Shown here in pieces: positions 36,883 through 45,431 of a DNA stretch of 64,000 bases. Source of the stretch: an uncultured Candidatus Saccharibacteria bacterium (GTDB taxonomy: Bacteria > Patescibacteriota > Minisyncoccia > Phycocordibacterales > CAIRYW01); contig CAYUPH010000005.1 of NCBI GenBank assembly GCA_964446625.1, positions 1,432 to 65,431 of the forward strand, given 5' to 3'. The translations under genes and the position numbers were made by a program. The first letter of the stretch is position 1. Every line of letters starts with the position of its first letter. The notes below the pieces were generated by a model that saw only the letters and a list, made by a program, of their open reading frames with translations, did no database searches and was not told the origin of the DNA.

Positions 36883-37440
36883 ATGTCTACACTCACAATT
36901 CTCATTGCTGTCCTAGTCCTTGTGGTCCTTTTTGGGATTGTATACTTCAACAAGTTCGTTCGACTCTCGAATCAAGCAAAAGAGGCTTGGTCTGATATAG
37001 AAGTCCAACTTCGAAGACGTTACGATCTTATTCCTAACCTGGTTAGTGCAGTAAAGGGATATATGACTCACGAAGCAGGGACTTTTGAAAAGATTACAGA
37101 AGCGCGAAGTAGAGCAATGCAGGCAGAGAACCCTCATGAAAAAGGGGAAGCGGAAAATATGCTAAGTGGAGCCCTTAAGTCTCTTTTTGCTGTCGCAGAA
37201 AATTATCCAGATTTAAAAGCGAATACAAACTTTCTTGAACTTCAAAGAGAGCTATCAGACACAGAAAACAAAATTCAATCATCAAGGCGTTTCTACAATA
37301 CAACAGTAAGAGACCTAAATATTGCTGTTGAATCTTTCCCTGGAAATGTTCTTGCCAATATCTTTGGGTACAAAAAAATGGATCTCTTTGATTTGCCAGA
37401 CGGAGATGTTGCGCAGAATGTTCCTGAAGTAAAGTTCTAA
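36883..37440 (+). CDS. lemA: LemA family membrane protein
   Basis: N-terminal TM plus FNKFVRLSNQAKEAWSDIEVQLRRRYDLIPNLV, the LemA signature. Confidence 0.8.
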   Translation: MSTLTILIAVLVLVVLFGIVYFNKFVRLSNQAKEAWSDIEVQLRRRYDLIPNLVSAVKGYMTHEAGTFEKITEARSRAMQAENPHEKGEAENMLSGALKSLFAVAENYPDLKANTNFLELQRELSDTENKIQSSRRFYNTTVRDLNIAVESFPGNVLANIFGYKKMDLFDLPDGDVAQNVPEVKF

Positions 37441-37449
37441 AAGAAAAGT

Positions 37450-39240
37450 ATGGATGCAGTTTCTACTAGTGTATTAGAAACAGATTCTAAAGAAGAAATG
37501 GCTCCGAAGCTTCCGCTTCGGGGCTATTTTTTCTCGGTATCAAATATTGTATTTTGGAGTCTGTTTTTTCTTGGCTTTTTAGGAATCTCCCTTTATGAGG
37601 TACATCGATTTTTTGTTTTTGCTACCACAAAGAGAGTTTACGACGAGGTGTTTGAAATCGAAAAAGATACGCATGGCTGGAATAATCTACTTATCTTTTT
37701 TGAAAAAGGGCTTAGTGAATTTTCATGGTTACCACTCCTTCTTGTTTTTCTTTTCCTTTTGGTTGCTTTTAATGTTTTTTCTGTTCTATTTTTTATTTTA
37801 AACAGAAAAAGAATTGAAGTAAGAAGGAGTGTTGTTTTTGTTCTCATAAACACACTATCATTTTTTATCCTCTCGGGAACTATATCTTCCGCAACAATTA
37901 TTTTGAGTGTTAGTAGAGTAGTAAATTACGAAAAAAGCAATGAAGATAATTTCCTTTTACTTAGGGGTACAGCAATAACTGAAAAGGAAAGTATAAAAAA
38001 GGTACTCGAAGAATCACAGACGCCCATTCATGCATCGAAAGATATTTTTGATATTGAGGGAAGGGAAGATGAGCTTACTTTTGCAGAAAGTTTTGCTATT
38101 CCTTTCTTAAACAAAGAGAAGAGTAGTCAAAATTATTTTCCAAATAACGAGCCCTATGTGTATTTTCCTGGAAAGGGAATATTGGTTCATGACACAGAAA
38201 CTTTTTTAGAAGATTTAGGCTACGAAACAGCAGAGAAATATCTTGCTCAAACTTTTCCTGAATATAAAGCACCGAGAGTCCCATCTTTTGAAGTTGTGAG
38301 TGATGAAGTGTACGAAAAACGTTTTAAGGAAGAAGAAATAAAAAGAATAAAAAAAGTTATTTTTGATCTCCAGAAAGCTTATAGAGAGAATTTAGAAGCA
38401 ATTTCAGAAGCTAAAGAAATTATTGCAAATACACCAGCTAGAATAGCAGAAGAGGATGCTCAATATGCTGAGTATGTTACTAAAGCAGAAAAGGTGTACG
38501 GAGTGTGGTGTGGAAATGGAGAAGTGCGTGATTACTGTACAAAATGGAGTAAGAGTATATCCGAAAATAAAGCTATCGTCGCAGAGAACAGAAGAATTAT
38601 TGCTGAGGATAAAGCAGCCAGTGAGGAGTTAATTCGTCTAGGATCGAGTTACAACAGTCAAATAAAAGAAAATGAAGCTGCATTTAAAAAGGAGCTTTCA
38701 TCACTTGAGACAGGTGGAAGTGGTGATGGTGTGGTTGCTAGTCAAATCAAGAATGCCGTCGGAAACTTTTTTCCTCCCGGTACACTTCTTGTAAGAATCT
38801 TGCCTGAGGATGAAGCAATTTTTAGTGATTATCTCGAAGTTGTAAATCATGAAATTCTTCACTACTACGCATCTCGTTCAAGGCAAGAGGAGACAATGCC
38901 TACTTTTCTAGATGAAGGTCTCACAGAGGCTTTCTCTGATGAGTCACTCGGTTATCCTATTGGAAATTTTAGTCACAGTGCGTATGAAGCTGAGGTTCGT
39001 ATTGTTGCGCTTCTAGCTCAAAAAATGGATCCAGAAACTCTAAAGAATTTATACTTTTCAGGAAACATGACAACTTTTGAAAAAGAATTTAAAAAAGCTT
39101 TTCCCGGAGTCTCTTGGGATGCTTTTCTTCTCTTAGGAGAGAAAATCAATAGTGACACATGGCTTAAAGAAAACAATGATATAGAAAGTTATAGTGAGCT
39201 TGAGAGAATGGAAGAACTACTTCTTAAAGAAGATAGGTAG
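37450..39240 (+). CDS. hypothetical polytopic membrane protein (596 aa) with C-terminal HExxH zincin-like motif
   Basis: At least 4 TM helices in the first 170 aa. C-terminal EVVNHEILHYYAS...FLDEGLTEAFSDE (HEILH plus downstream Glu). Sits where a TPM/YgcG-type LemA partner usually lies. Confidence 0.55.
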   Translation: MDAVSTSVLETDSKEEMAPKLPLRGYFFSVSNIVFWSLFFLGFLGISLYEVHRFFVFATTKRVYDEVFEIEKDTHGWNNLLIFFEKGLSEFSWLPLLLVFLFLLVAFNVFSVLFFILNRKRIEVRRSVVFVLINTLSFFILSGTISSATIILSVSRVVNYEKSNEDNFLLLRGTAITEKESIKKVLEESQTPIHASKDIFDIEGREDELTFAESFAIPFLNKEKSSQNYFPNNEPYVYFPGKGILVHDTETFLEDLGYETAEKYLAQTFPEYKAPRVPSFEVVSDEVYEKRFKEEEIKRIKKVIFDLQKAYRENLEAISEAKEIIANTPARIAEEDAQYAEYVTKAEKVYGVWCGNGEVRDYCTKWSKSISENKAIVAENRRIIAEDKAASEELIRLGSSYNSQIKENEAAFKKELSSLETGGSGDGVVASQIKNAVGNFFPPGTLLVRILPEDEAIFSDYLEVVNHEILHYYASRSRQEETMPTFLDEGLTEAFSDESLGYPIGNFSHSAYEAEVRIVALLAQKMDPETLKNLYFSGNMTTFEKEFKKAFPGVSWDAFLLLGEKINSDTWLKENNDIESYSELERMEELLLKEDR

Positions 39241-39290
39241 CAGAAGAAGCCTCGTTTTGGTATAATTTGGTTCTAAAAAAGTCATATTAT

Positions 39291-40202
39291 ATGAAAAGCC
39301 TCTACACTCACCAAAGCGAAAACAACTTTAAAACACTTCTCCTTATGGGACTATTCCTTAGTTTTTTTGTTTTGCTCGGATACACTGCAAGCTATAAAAC
39401 TGGCGACCCAGCGCTCCTTTACGGTGCAATAATTTTTAGTGTCATTATGAATATTGGTAGTTACTGGTTTTCGGACAAAGTAGCACTTGCGATAAATGGG
39501 GCAAAAGAAGCAGATAGTAAAGAGTATCTTGAACTCCATCGAATAGTTGAGAATCTAGCTATAACAGCAGGTCTTCCAAAACCAAGGGTTTATATTATTA
39601 ATGATCCAGCTCCTAACGCGTTTGCAACGGGAAGAAATAAAGAGCACGCAGCTGTAGCGTTTACAACTGGAATTTTAAAAATCCTAGATCGCAGTGAACT
39701 TGAAGGAGTGGTTGCTCACGAACTATCGCATATTGGAAACAAAGATATTCTTCTTCAGAGTATTGTAGCAGTTTTGGTAGGGTCGGTTGCAATTCTCTCA
39801 GATTGGTTTATTCGCATTTCTTTTCATAAAGGAGACAATGATAACAAAAATCCTATTCTTCTCCTTCTAGGAACAGCACTCCTTATTCTTTCACCGTTTA
39901 TTGCAACACTTATCCAGCTCGCAATTTCAAGAAAAAGAGAATTTCTTGCAGATGCCACAGGTGCACTCCTTACACGATACCCCGAAGGCCTTGCGGGCGC
40001 ACTCCACAAAATTTCTGATTATAGCGCCCCAATGCAGAAAACAAATAAGGCAACGGCGCATATGTTTATTGCAACTCCGCTTGGGGGAGATGCGAATAAT
40101 GACGGTGTTCCAGATAAGACTCAAAAAGTGTCTTTCTTTACAAAAATCTTTATGACGCATCCTCCAATTGACGAGAGGATTAATGCGCTCCTCGGAAAAT
40201 AA
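39291..40202 (+). CDS. htpX: M48 zinc metalloprotease HtpX
   Basis: HELSHIGNKD (HExxH) and four TM helices. ATG at 39291 is downstream of a TGGTATAAT box (39258-39266), so the track's earlier start at 39267 is not used. Confidence 0.8.
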   Translation: MKSLYTHQSENNFKTLLLMGLFLSFFVLLGYTASYKTGDPALLYGAIIFSVIMNIGSYWFSDKVALAINGAKEADSKEYLELHRIVENLAITAGLPKPRVYIINDPAPNAFATGRNKEHAAVAFTTGILKILDRSELEGVVAHELSHIGNKDILLQSIVAVLVGSVAILSDWFIRISFHKGDNDNKNPILLLLGTALLILSPFIATLIQLAISRKREFLADATGALLTRYPEGLAGALHKISDYSAPMQKTNKATAHMFIATPLGGDANNDGVPDKTQKVSFFTKIFMTHPPIDERINALLGK

Positions 40203-40205
40203 TAT

Positions 40206-40796
40206 ATGTCACCGAAACATATTCCACTAGAAGACTTAAAAAAAGATATAAGTTTTAAAGCTACTCTTCTGGGTGAAAATTTATCTTTTAAAACAACCTG
40301 GGGACTTTTTTCTCCAGAGAAAATTGATGAAGGAACTTATGCGCTCCTTAGCGCGCTCGACATAGAAGGCTTTGAAGACATTTTAGATCTAGGATGTGGA
40401 TACGGTCCTATTGGTATTGCACTTGCTAAAAAAACCAAAGGTCAGGTCCATATGGTGGACAAAGACTTTGTTGCAGTAGAGTATGCAGAAAAGAATGCTG
40501 AAGAAAATAATGCAATGAATGCTCGTAGTTATCTTTCAAATGGTTTGTCTCATGTACCAAAAGATATGAAGTTTGATCTCATTGTCTCAAACCTGCCTGC
40601 AAAAGTTTCAAAAGAATTTTTTTGGATACTTTTTGGGGATATGAAAAACCATTTAAAATCAGGAGGAAAGATTGTTGTTGTCACGATTGCAGGACTAGAG
40701 TTCTTTGTAAAGAAAAATTTTGAGTCGATTTTTGGTAATTATAAGCTTATTAAAAGCACACATGGTTATTTTGTTGCTCTAGCAGAAAACAGATAA
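40206..40796 (+). CDS. class I SAM-dependent methyltransferase (small MTS-domain, RsmC/RlmG-like)
   Basis: Motif I ILDLGCGYGPIG, acidic VHMVDKD, LIVSNLP. Confidence 0.6.
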   Translation: MSPKHIPLEDLKKDISFKATLLGENLSFKTTWGLFSPEKIDEGTYALLSALDIEGFEDILDLGCGYGPIGIALAKKTKGQVHMVDKDFVAVEYAEKNAEENNAMNARSYLSNGLSHVPKDMKFDLIVSNLPAKVSKEFFWILFGDMKNHLKSGGKIVVVTIAGLEFFVKKNFESIFGNYKLIKSTHGYFVALAENR

Positions 40797-40800
40797 GCCC

Positions 40801-40809
40801 TGGTATAAT
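40801..40809 (+). promoter_or_regulatory. extended -10 box TGGTATAAT, 6 nt upstream of the ATG at 40816 (leaderless)
   Basis: cccTGGTATAATatttatATG. Confidence 0.45.
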
Positions 40810-40815
40810 ATTTAT

Positions 40816-41634
40816 ATGATAATTTCAAAAACACAAAAAATATGGGCGAGTGTTTTCTTTGGTGTTGTCTACCTTGGAATGTCCCTTACTCTTTTTATTC
40901 AAAGTGCGTGGAAACCAAGCGCCGAAAATCTCCTCATGTTTCATTTTATTTTCGTTCTTTTCATTGGTTACCTTGCAGGAATGTGGATTGCTTTCTATAC
41001 AATCCCACAAACAACACTGCAAAGTAAAGTAGGAAAATCACTTCTTTTTCTTGGGCTGGGAAATCTTACAATGGGAGCGGGGTTCATTGCATGGTTTATT
41101 ATGGAGATTTTTATGGGAATTGAAGATCTTTATCCTTCGATTGCAGATGTCTTTTATGTTCTTTTTGTACCCTTTGTTATTATTGGTCTCATTTATCTCC
41201 TTCGCATCTATTCTTTGGACATTACCCCGAGAAAAATTGTCCGTGCAGCGGTTACAACAATCGTGGCTTGTGCGCTTACTTATCTCTTTGCGCACGTTAC
41301 GATTCCTGCATTTCAAAGTGCTGAAAATTTCGGAAAATATGTTTTCGACTTTTTTTACGCAATCACTGATATGGTCTTTGTTGGTATGATCGTGTTTGTT
41401 ATTTCTCTTTCAGGTGGGCGAATTTACAAAGGGCTTTGGGTTTACCTTGCAGGACTAGTCCTCAGTATTATCGCAGATTTTCTTTTCTTTTACAGAGAAG
41501 ACTTGGGAGTGCATCATATTGCCGATGTAGCAGATGACTTTTATCTTCTGTCGGGTTGCGCTCTTACCCTTGGTATTTGGTATATTGCACAAAGTTTCTC
41601 TCAAAATATAACTGACAAGTCAGATGTTTCTTAA
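40816..41634 (+). CDS. polytopic membrane protein (about 7-8 TM), putative sensor module of the downstream histidine kinase
   Basis: 272 aa, entirely hydrophobic helices. Its 3' end overlaps the kinase ATG by 11 nt in a different frame. Confidence 0.55.
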   Translation: MIISKTQKIWASVFFGVVYLGMSLTLFIQSAWKPSAENLLMFHFIFVLFIGYLAGMWIAFYTIPQTTLQSKVGKSLLFLGLGNLTMGAGFIAWFIMEIFMGIEDLYPSIADVFYVLFVPFVIIGLIYLLRIYSLDITPRKIVRAAVTTIVACALTYLFAHVTIPAFQSAENFGKYVFDFFYAITDMVFVGMIVFVISLSGGRIYKGLWVYLAGLVLSIIADFLFFYREDLGVHHIADVADDFYLLSGCALTLGIWYIAQSFSQNITDKSDVS

Positions 41635-43183
41635 CCGTTTTTTTGATTTAGTTATAGGTAAAAAACAAAGTTTTGATGAAGAAGTTTTAAAACTTTTTAC
41701 CGCTCTTGCATCCCTTACTCAAGAGAAGGGGGTTCGTGAAGATTTCCTTTATAAGCAAAAAAGTGCAGGATATACAAAAGATCCGCTCGGTAGCGCAGTT
41801 CGGCTTTACCTAGACTGGGAAGGATACTTGCAAGACAAGCGAGACTCGGTTTTAAGTACAGAGGATAGTGAAAAAAAATCAATCAGAAGTGAAATAGAAA
41901 AACAGATTGATATCCAAAAGCTTCCTATCGAATTTCAAAGCATTTTTAGAGACAGAGATTTGCAAAAGTTCTACCTCGCAGAAGTTTTCCTAAAATCTGT
42001 TTTTATATATGTCTCTGAAAATCTTGGACTTGTGACAACTCGCTCGATACTAAACTCGATACTAGAGGGGACATCAACACCGATTACTGTTTCAGAAACC
42101 GGGTTCGACTTCTCGAAATTAAACGAAGAACTTCTTTCAAGCGGAACAAGCTATTCGCTTGAAAAACATTTTTCTACTTTTAAAGTTTTTCTTGAGGTTA
42201 TTTCAGAGGAGCTTGAAACCTCGCTTGGAAAAGATATTACAAAAGAGCTTTTTAGTCGTATCTACATTTCGATGCAGAAAATGTACGATGTGGAACTAGT
42301 TTCAAAAATCCTACCTTTTCTTCCAGACAGGCTCCTCAGTATGGATGAATGGCTTTCAATGCTTTCAAAAACTGAACTTGAAAACAGAGTAAGGGAAAAA
42401 ACCAAAGAACTGGAAGGTCTCAACAAAGAATTGGAACAAAGGGTAGCTGAACGAACCGAAGAACTAAAAAAAGCTTTCGAGGATTTGCAGGAACTAGACC
42501 GACGAAAATCTGAATTTATCTTTTTGGTGGGACACCAAATGCGAACTCCAATTGTTGCTGTAAAATGGGCGCTTAGAACCCTTCGAGATGGTGATGCCGG
42601 AGAGCTTCCGGCAAAAGCTCTTTCTATCATTACAGAAGCATACAGAGCTAATGAGTCAATGAATAGAACAGTGAATGAGATTCTTCTTGCAGACGACATA
42701 ATAAACAACAAAATTAAGTTTGAAATCGAAAAAACCGCCATAAATGATATAATCGAAAGAGTTATTGAGGAGAGTAAGGATGAAATTGCGGCTCGAGAGG
42801 TAATGGTGAACTTTACTGCAAAAGACAAGGTTTTCGTTCAAATCGACAAGGTGAAAGCTCCTGTTGTTTTTGCTGCTCTACTCGATAATGCGATTCGTTA
42901 TTCTTCTCCGCAGTCGATTATTACAATTTCTCTCAAGGAAGAAAAAGATATAGTCACAGTCTATATAGAAGACAAAGGTATTGGAATTCCAAAAGAAGTA
43001 TTTGAAAGAATTGGGGAAAGATTCTTTAGGGCAGATAATGCGCTCCGTCAAAATACTTACGGATCTGGGCTTGGAATTTATATCACAAAAAAAGTAATAG
43101 AAGGGGTATCGGGAACACTTCAGATTCAAAGCGAAGAAGGAAAAGGAACAAAAGTAATTATTACTCTAAAAAAAGCACAATGA
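41624..43183 (+). CDS. sensor histidine kinase (cytoplasmic; HisKA + HATPase_c), no TM segment
   Basis: Coiled-coil linker. H-box FIFLVGHQMRTPI, N-box LLDNAIRYS, G-boxes DKGIGIPKE and GSGLGIYITKKVIE. Confidence 0.85.
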   Translation: MFLNRFFDLVIGKKQSFDEEVLKLFTALASLTQEKGVREDFLYKQKSAGYTKDPLGSAVRLYLDWEGYLQDKRDSVLSTEDSEKKSIRSEIEKQIDIQKLPIEFQSIFRDRDLQKFYLAEVFLKSVFIYVSENLGLVTTRSILNSILEGTSTPITVSETGFDFSKLNEELLSSGTSYSLEKHFSTFKVFLEVISEELETSLGKDITKELFSRIYISMQKMYDVELVSKILPFLPDRLLSMDEWLSMLSKTELENRVREKTKELEGLNKELEQRVAERTEELKKAFEDLQELDRRKSEFIFLVGHQMRTPIVAVKWALRTLRDGDAGELPAKALSIITEAYRANESMNRTVNEILLADDIINNKIKFEIEKTAINDIIERVIEESKDEIAAREVMVNFTAKDKVFVQIDKVKAPVVFAALLDNAIRYSSPQSIITISLKEEKDIVTVYIEDKGIGIPKEVFERIGERFFRADNALRQNTYGSGLGIYITKKVIEGVSGTLQIQSEEGKGTKVIITLKKAQ

Positions 43184-43791
43184 AGACACTTATAGTAACA
43201 GCGCATCCATCAAGCCAAGGTTTTACACACGCGATTGCAGGAGTTATAAAAGAGGAAAGAGAAAAAAAAAGTGGGGAAGTAGAGATTCTCGACTTGTACA
43301 AGACAGAACATAAACAAGATTTTCTGCGGTTTGAAAATATAAAGGAACTTCCAAAAGATCCAGTGCGCGATGCAATTCAAGCAAAAATTTCTGGATCTGA
43401 TGAAATCATTTTTATTCACCCAGTATGGTGGATTTCAATGCCAGCGATTATGAAAAACTTTCTTGATCAAAACCTCACTTCACATTTTGCATATCAGTAT
43501 ATAAACGGAAAACGCCATGGACTTCTTCGAGGAAAGACGACAAGGGTATATGTAACTTGTGATATGCCACTCTGGCTTTATGCTCTTTTAGGATTTCCAT
43601 TTGTTCCGACATGGGTGGTTGGAGTGCTTATTTATTGTGGTCTTGAGGTAAAGAATTTTTCTATCTTTCGTATGATGAATCATCGAACTCCAGAGGGGCT
43701 AAAAGCTCACTTGGATAGAGTAAGGCGAGATATTGATAAAGAACCACTTTGGCTAAAATTTGTAAACTTTTGGGGAAGTAGAGTTCAATAG
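43180..43791 (+). CDS. flavodoxin-like fold NAD(P)H-dependent oxidoreductase (Flavodoxin_2 / NQO-azoreductase-like)
   Basis: MKTLIVTAHPSSQGFTHAIA...IIFIHPVWWISMPAIMKNFLDQ pattern. Confidence 0.6.
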   Translation: MKTLIVTAHPSSQGFTHAIAGVIKEEREKKSGEVEILDLYKTEHKQDFLRFENIKELPKDPVRDAIQAKISGSDEIIFIHPVWWISMPAIMKNFLDQNLTSHFAYQYINGKRHGLLRGKTTRVYVTCDMPLWLYALLGFPFVPTWVVGVLIYCGLEVKNFSIFRMMNHRTPEGLKAHLDRVRRDIDKEPLWLKFVNFWGSRVQ

Positions 43792-43792
43792 T

Positions 43793-44179
43793 ATGAAAAG
43801 CGATGATGAACTAAAAAAAGAAAATCCGGAGCTTTTTAAGGTTGCAAGAGGCGGAGGAACTGAGGCGCCTTTTAGTGGAAAGCTACTTCATTCAAACGAG
43901 AAGGGTACGTATAATTGCGCTGTGTGCGGAAATCCACTTTTCAAAAGTACAGCAAAATTTGATTCTGGAACAGGATGGCCATCTTTTGATGAAGCTCTTC
44001 CGGGTGCGGTAAAAGAAGAGCTAGACAATAGTTATGGAATGGTTCGTACAGAAACGCTTTGCGCAAAATGTGGAGCACACCTCGGGCACTTATTTCCAGA
44101 TGGTCCCACAAAAACGGGAATGCGTTATTGTATGAATTCTGTATGCCTCGATTTAGAAAAAGATGGTAACGAAAACTAA
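43793..44179 (+). CDS. msrB: peptide-methionine (R)-S-oxide reductase MsrB
   Basis: Zn-binding CxxC pairs (CAVCGNPLF / CAKCGAHLGHLF), GWPSF and RYCMNSVCL active site. Confidence 0.85.
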   Translation: MKSDDELKKENPELFKVARGGGTEAPFSGKLLHSNEKGTYNCAVCGNPLFKSTAKFDSGTGWPSFDEALPGAVKEELDNSYGMVRTETLCAKCGAHLGHLFPDGPTKTGMRYCMNSVCLDLEKDGNEN

Positions 44180-44987
44180 AGGAAAAATTGGAGTTTTTGA
44201 TTCAGGTTTTGGGGGGCTCGCAATTCTAAAAGAAATTGTGAAGGAATTACCTTCTTATGATTTTATTTACCTAGGGGACAGTGCGCGAGCTCCGTACGGT
44301 GGCAGAGGAGAAAAAACAATTTATAATTTTACAAAAAAAGGAGTCGAGTTTCTTTTTAGAGAAGGAGCCTCTCTTGTTATCCTTGCCTGTAACACAGCTT
44401 CGAGCGAAGCGCTCCGTAAGATTCAAGCTGATCTAAAAAAAGATAAAGTCACAGACAAAAACGTCCTCGGAGTTGTGATACCTGGAGCAGAAGAAGCTGC
44501 GAGTAAAACAAAAACAGGTGCAATAGGTGTACTGGCAACAGAGGCAACTGTCCGCTCAAAAGCTTTTGAAAGAGAGATCAAAAAAATTTTCCCAAGTGCA
44601 AAAGTTATTCAAAAGAAAGCACCTCTTCTTGTGCCACTTATTGAAGCAGGCGAAGATAAAAGTCAGAGCGCTAATCTTCTTACAGAAAAATATGTAAAAA
44701 GCGTTCTGCAAAAAAAAGTAGATACTCTTATTTTAGGGTGCACTCACTACGGGCTTATTGAAAATATGATAAAGAAGTATACAGCGGGCGTTACTGTAAT
44801 TTCTGAAGGGAAAATTGTTGCGAAGAAACTCGCTGGTTACTTAAAAAGACACAGTGAGTACAGAGCGCTTTTGTCCCAAGGTGGTAAAAGAGAATTTTTC
44901 ACAACAGACGATTCTGCAGACTTTGATTTACACGGAAGCAGGTTCTATGGAAAAAAAATAAAATCAAAGAAAGTCTCTCTAGACTAG
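44163..44987 (+). CDS. murI: glutamate racemase
   Basis: IGVFDSGFGGL, catalytic Cys motifs ILACNTAS and ILGCTHY. Confidence 0.85.
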   Translation: MVTKTKGKIGVFDSGFGGLAILKEIVKELPSYDFIYLGDSARAPYGGRGEKTIYNFTKKGVEFLFREGASLVILACNTASSEALRKIQADLKKDKVTDKNVLGVVIPGAEEAASKTKTGAIGVLATEATVRSKAFEREIKKIFPSAKVIQKKAPLLVPLIEAGEDKSQSANLLTEKYVKSVLQKKVDTLILGCTHYGLIENMIKKYTAGVTVISEGKIVAKKLAGYLKRHSEYRALLSQGGKREFFTTDDSADFDLHGSRFYGKKIKSKKVSLD

Positions 44988-45011
44988 GCTTTTTATATGT
45001 GGTAAAATGTG

Positions 45012-45342
45012 TGGGTACACAGATAGTCGCGCAAAGCATTGCTTTGTGAGGAAAGTCCGAACACATAGCCTTTTAAGTAAGGCAAGGTAGCGGGTAACTC
45101 CCGCCTGGAGTAATCTTAGAGGTGCGAACAGAGACGCTTTCTTTTGAAAAGAAGGAAGCACCCGTAAGGGTGAGCTTTTGTGGAAACACAAGAGGTGCAA
45201 CGGCTAAATCCTTACCCATGTGCAAGGCCGTGTCCGCCATGTGCGGAAGTGCCGCTAGAGGTGTTTGGCAACAAGCATCCCAGATAAATGACTATCGTCC
45301 ACTTTGTGGATACAGAATTCGGCTTATCGTGTGCAATATCGA
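45012..45342 (+). ncRNA. rnpB: RNase P RNA (bacterial type A), rnpB
   Basis: Conserved blocks GAGGAAAGTCCGAACAC (P4 5' strand, cf. AGGAAAGUCCGGGC), GGGTAACTCCCGCCTGGAGTAA, and ACAGAATTCGGCTTATCG (P4 3' strand, cf. ACAGAACCCGGCUUA). Preceded by a TAAAAT -10 and followed by a terminator. Boundaries approximate (+/-10 nt). Confidence 0.8.
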
Positions 45343-45343
45343 A

Positions 45344-45372
45344 GACACCGGGAAACCCCCGGTGTTTTTGTG
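45344..45372 (+). terminator. rho-independent terminator after rnpB
   Basis: ACACCGGG-aaac-CCCGGTGT hairpin followed by tttttg. Confidence 0.55.
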
Positions 45373-45431
45373 CCTCTAGGACGTAAAAAGTGTATAATTT
45401 AAGAGTGGAAGCAAAAAAGTTTTTGAGAAAC

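Noticed and set aside
42262-42828. 188-aa minus-strand ORF
   Set aside because: Antisense to the histidine-kinase gene (HisKA/HATPase motifs on the plus strand are unambiguous). Ser/Ile-rich low-complexity translation.
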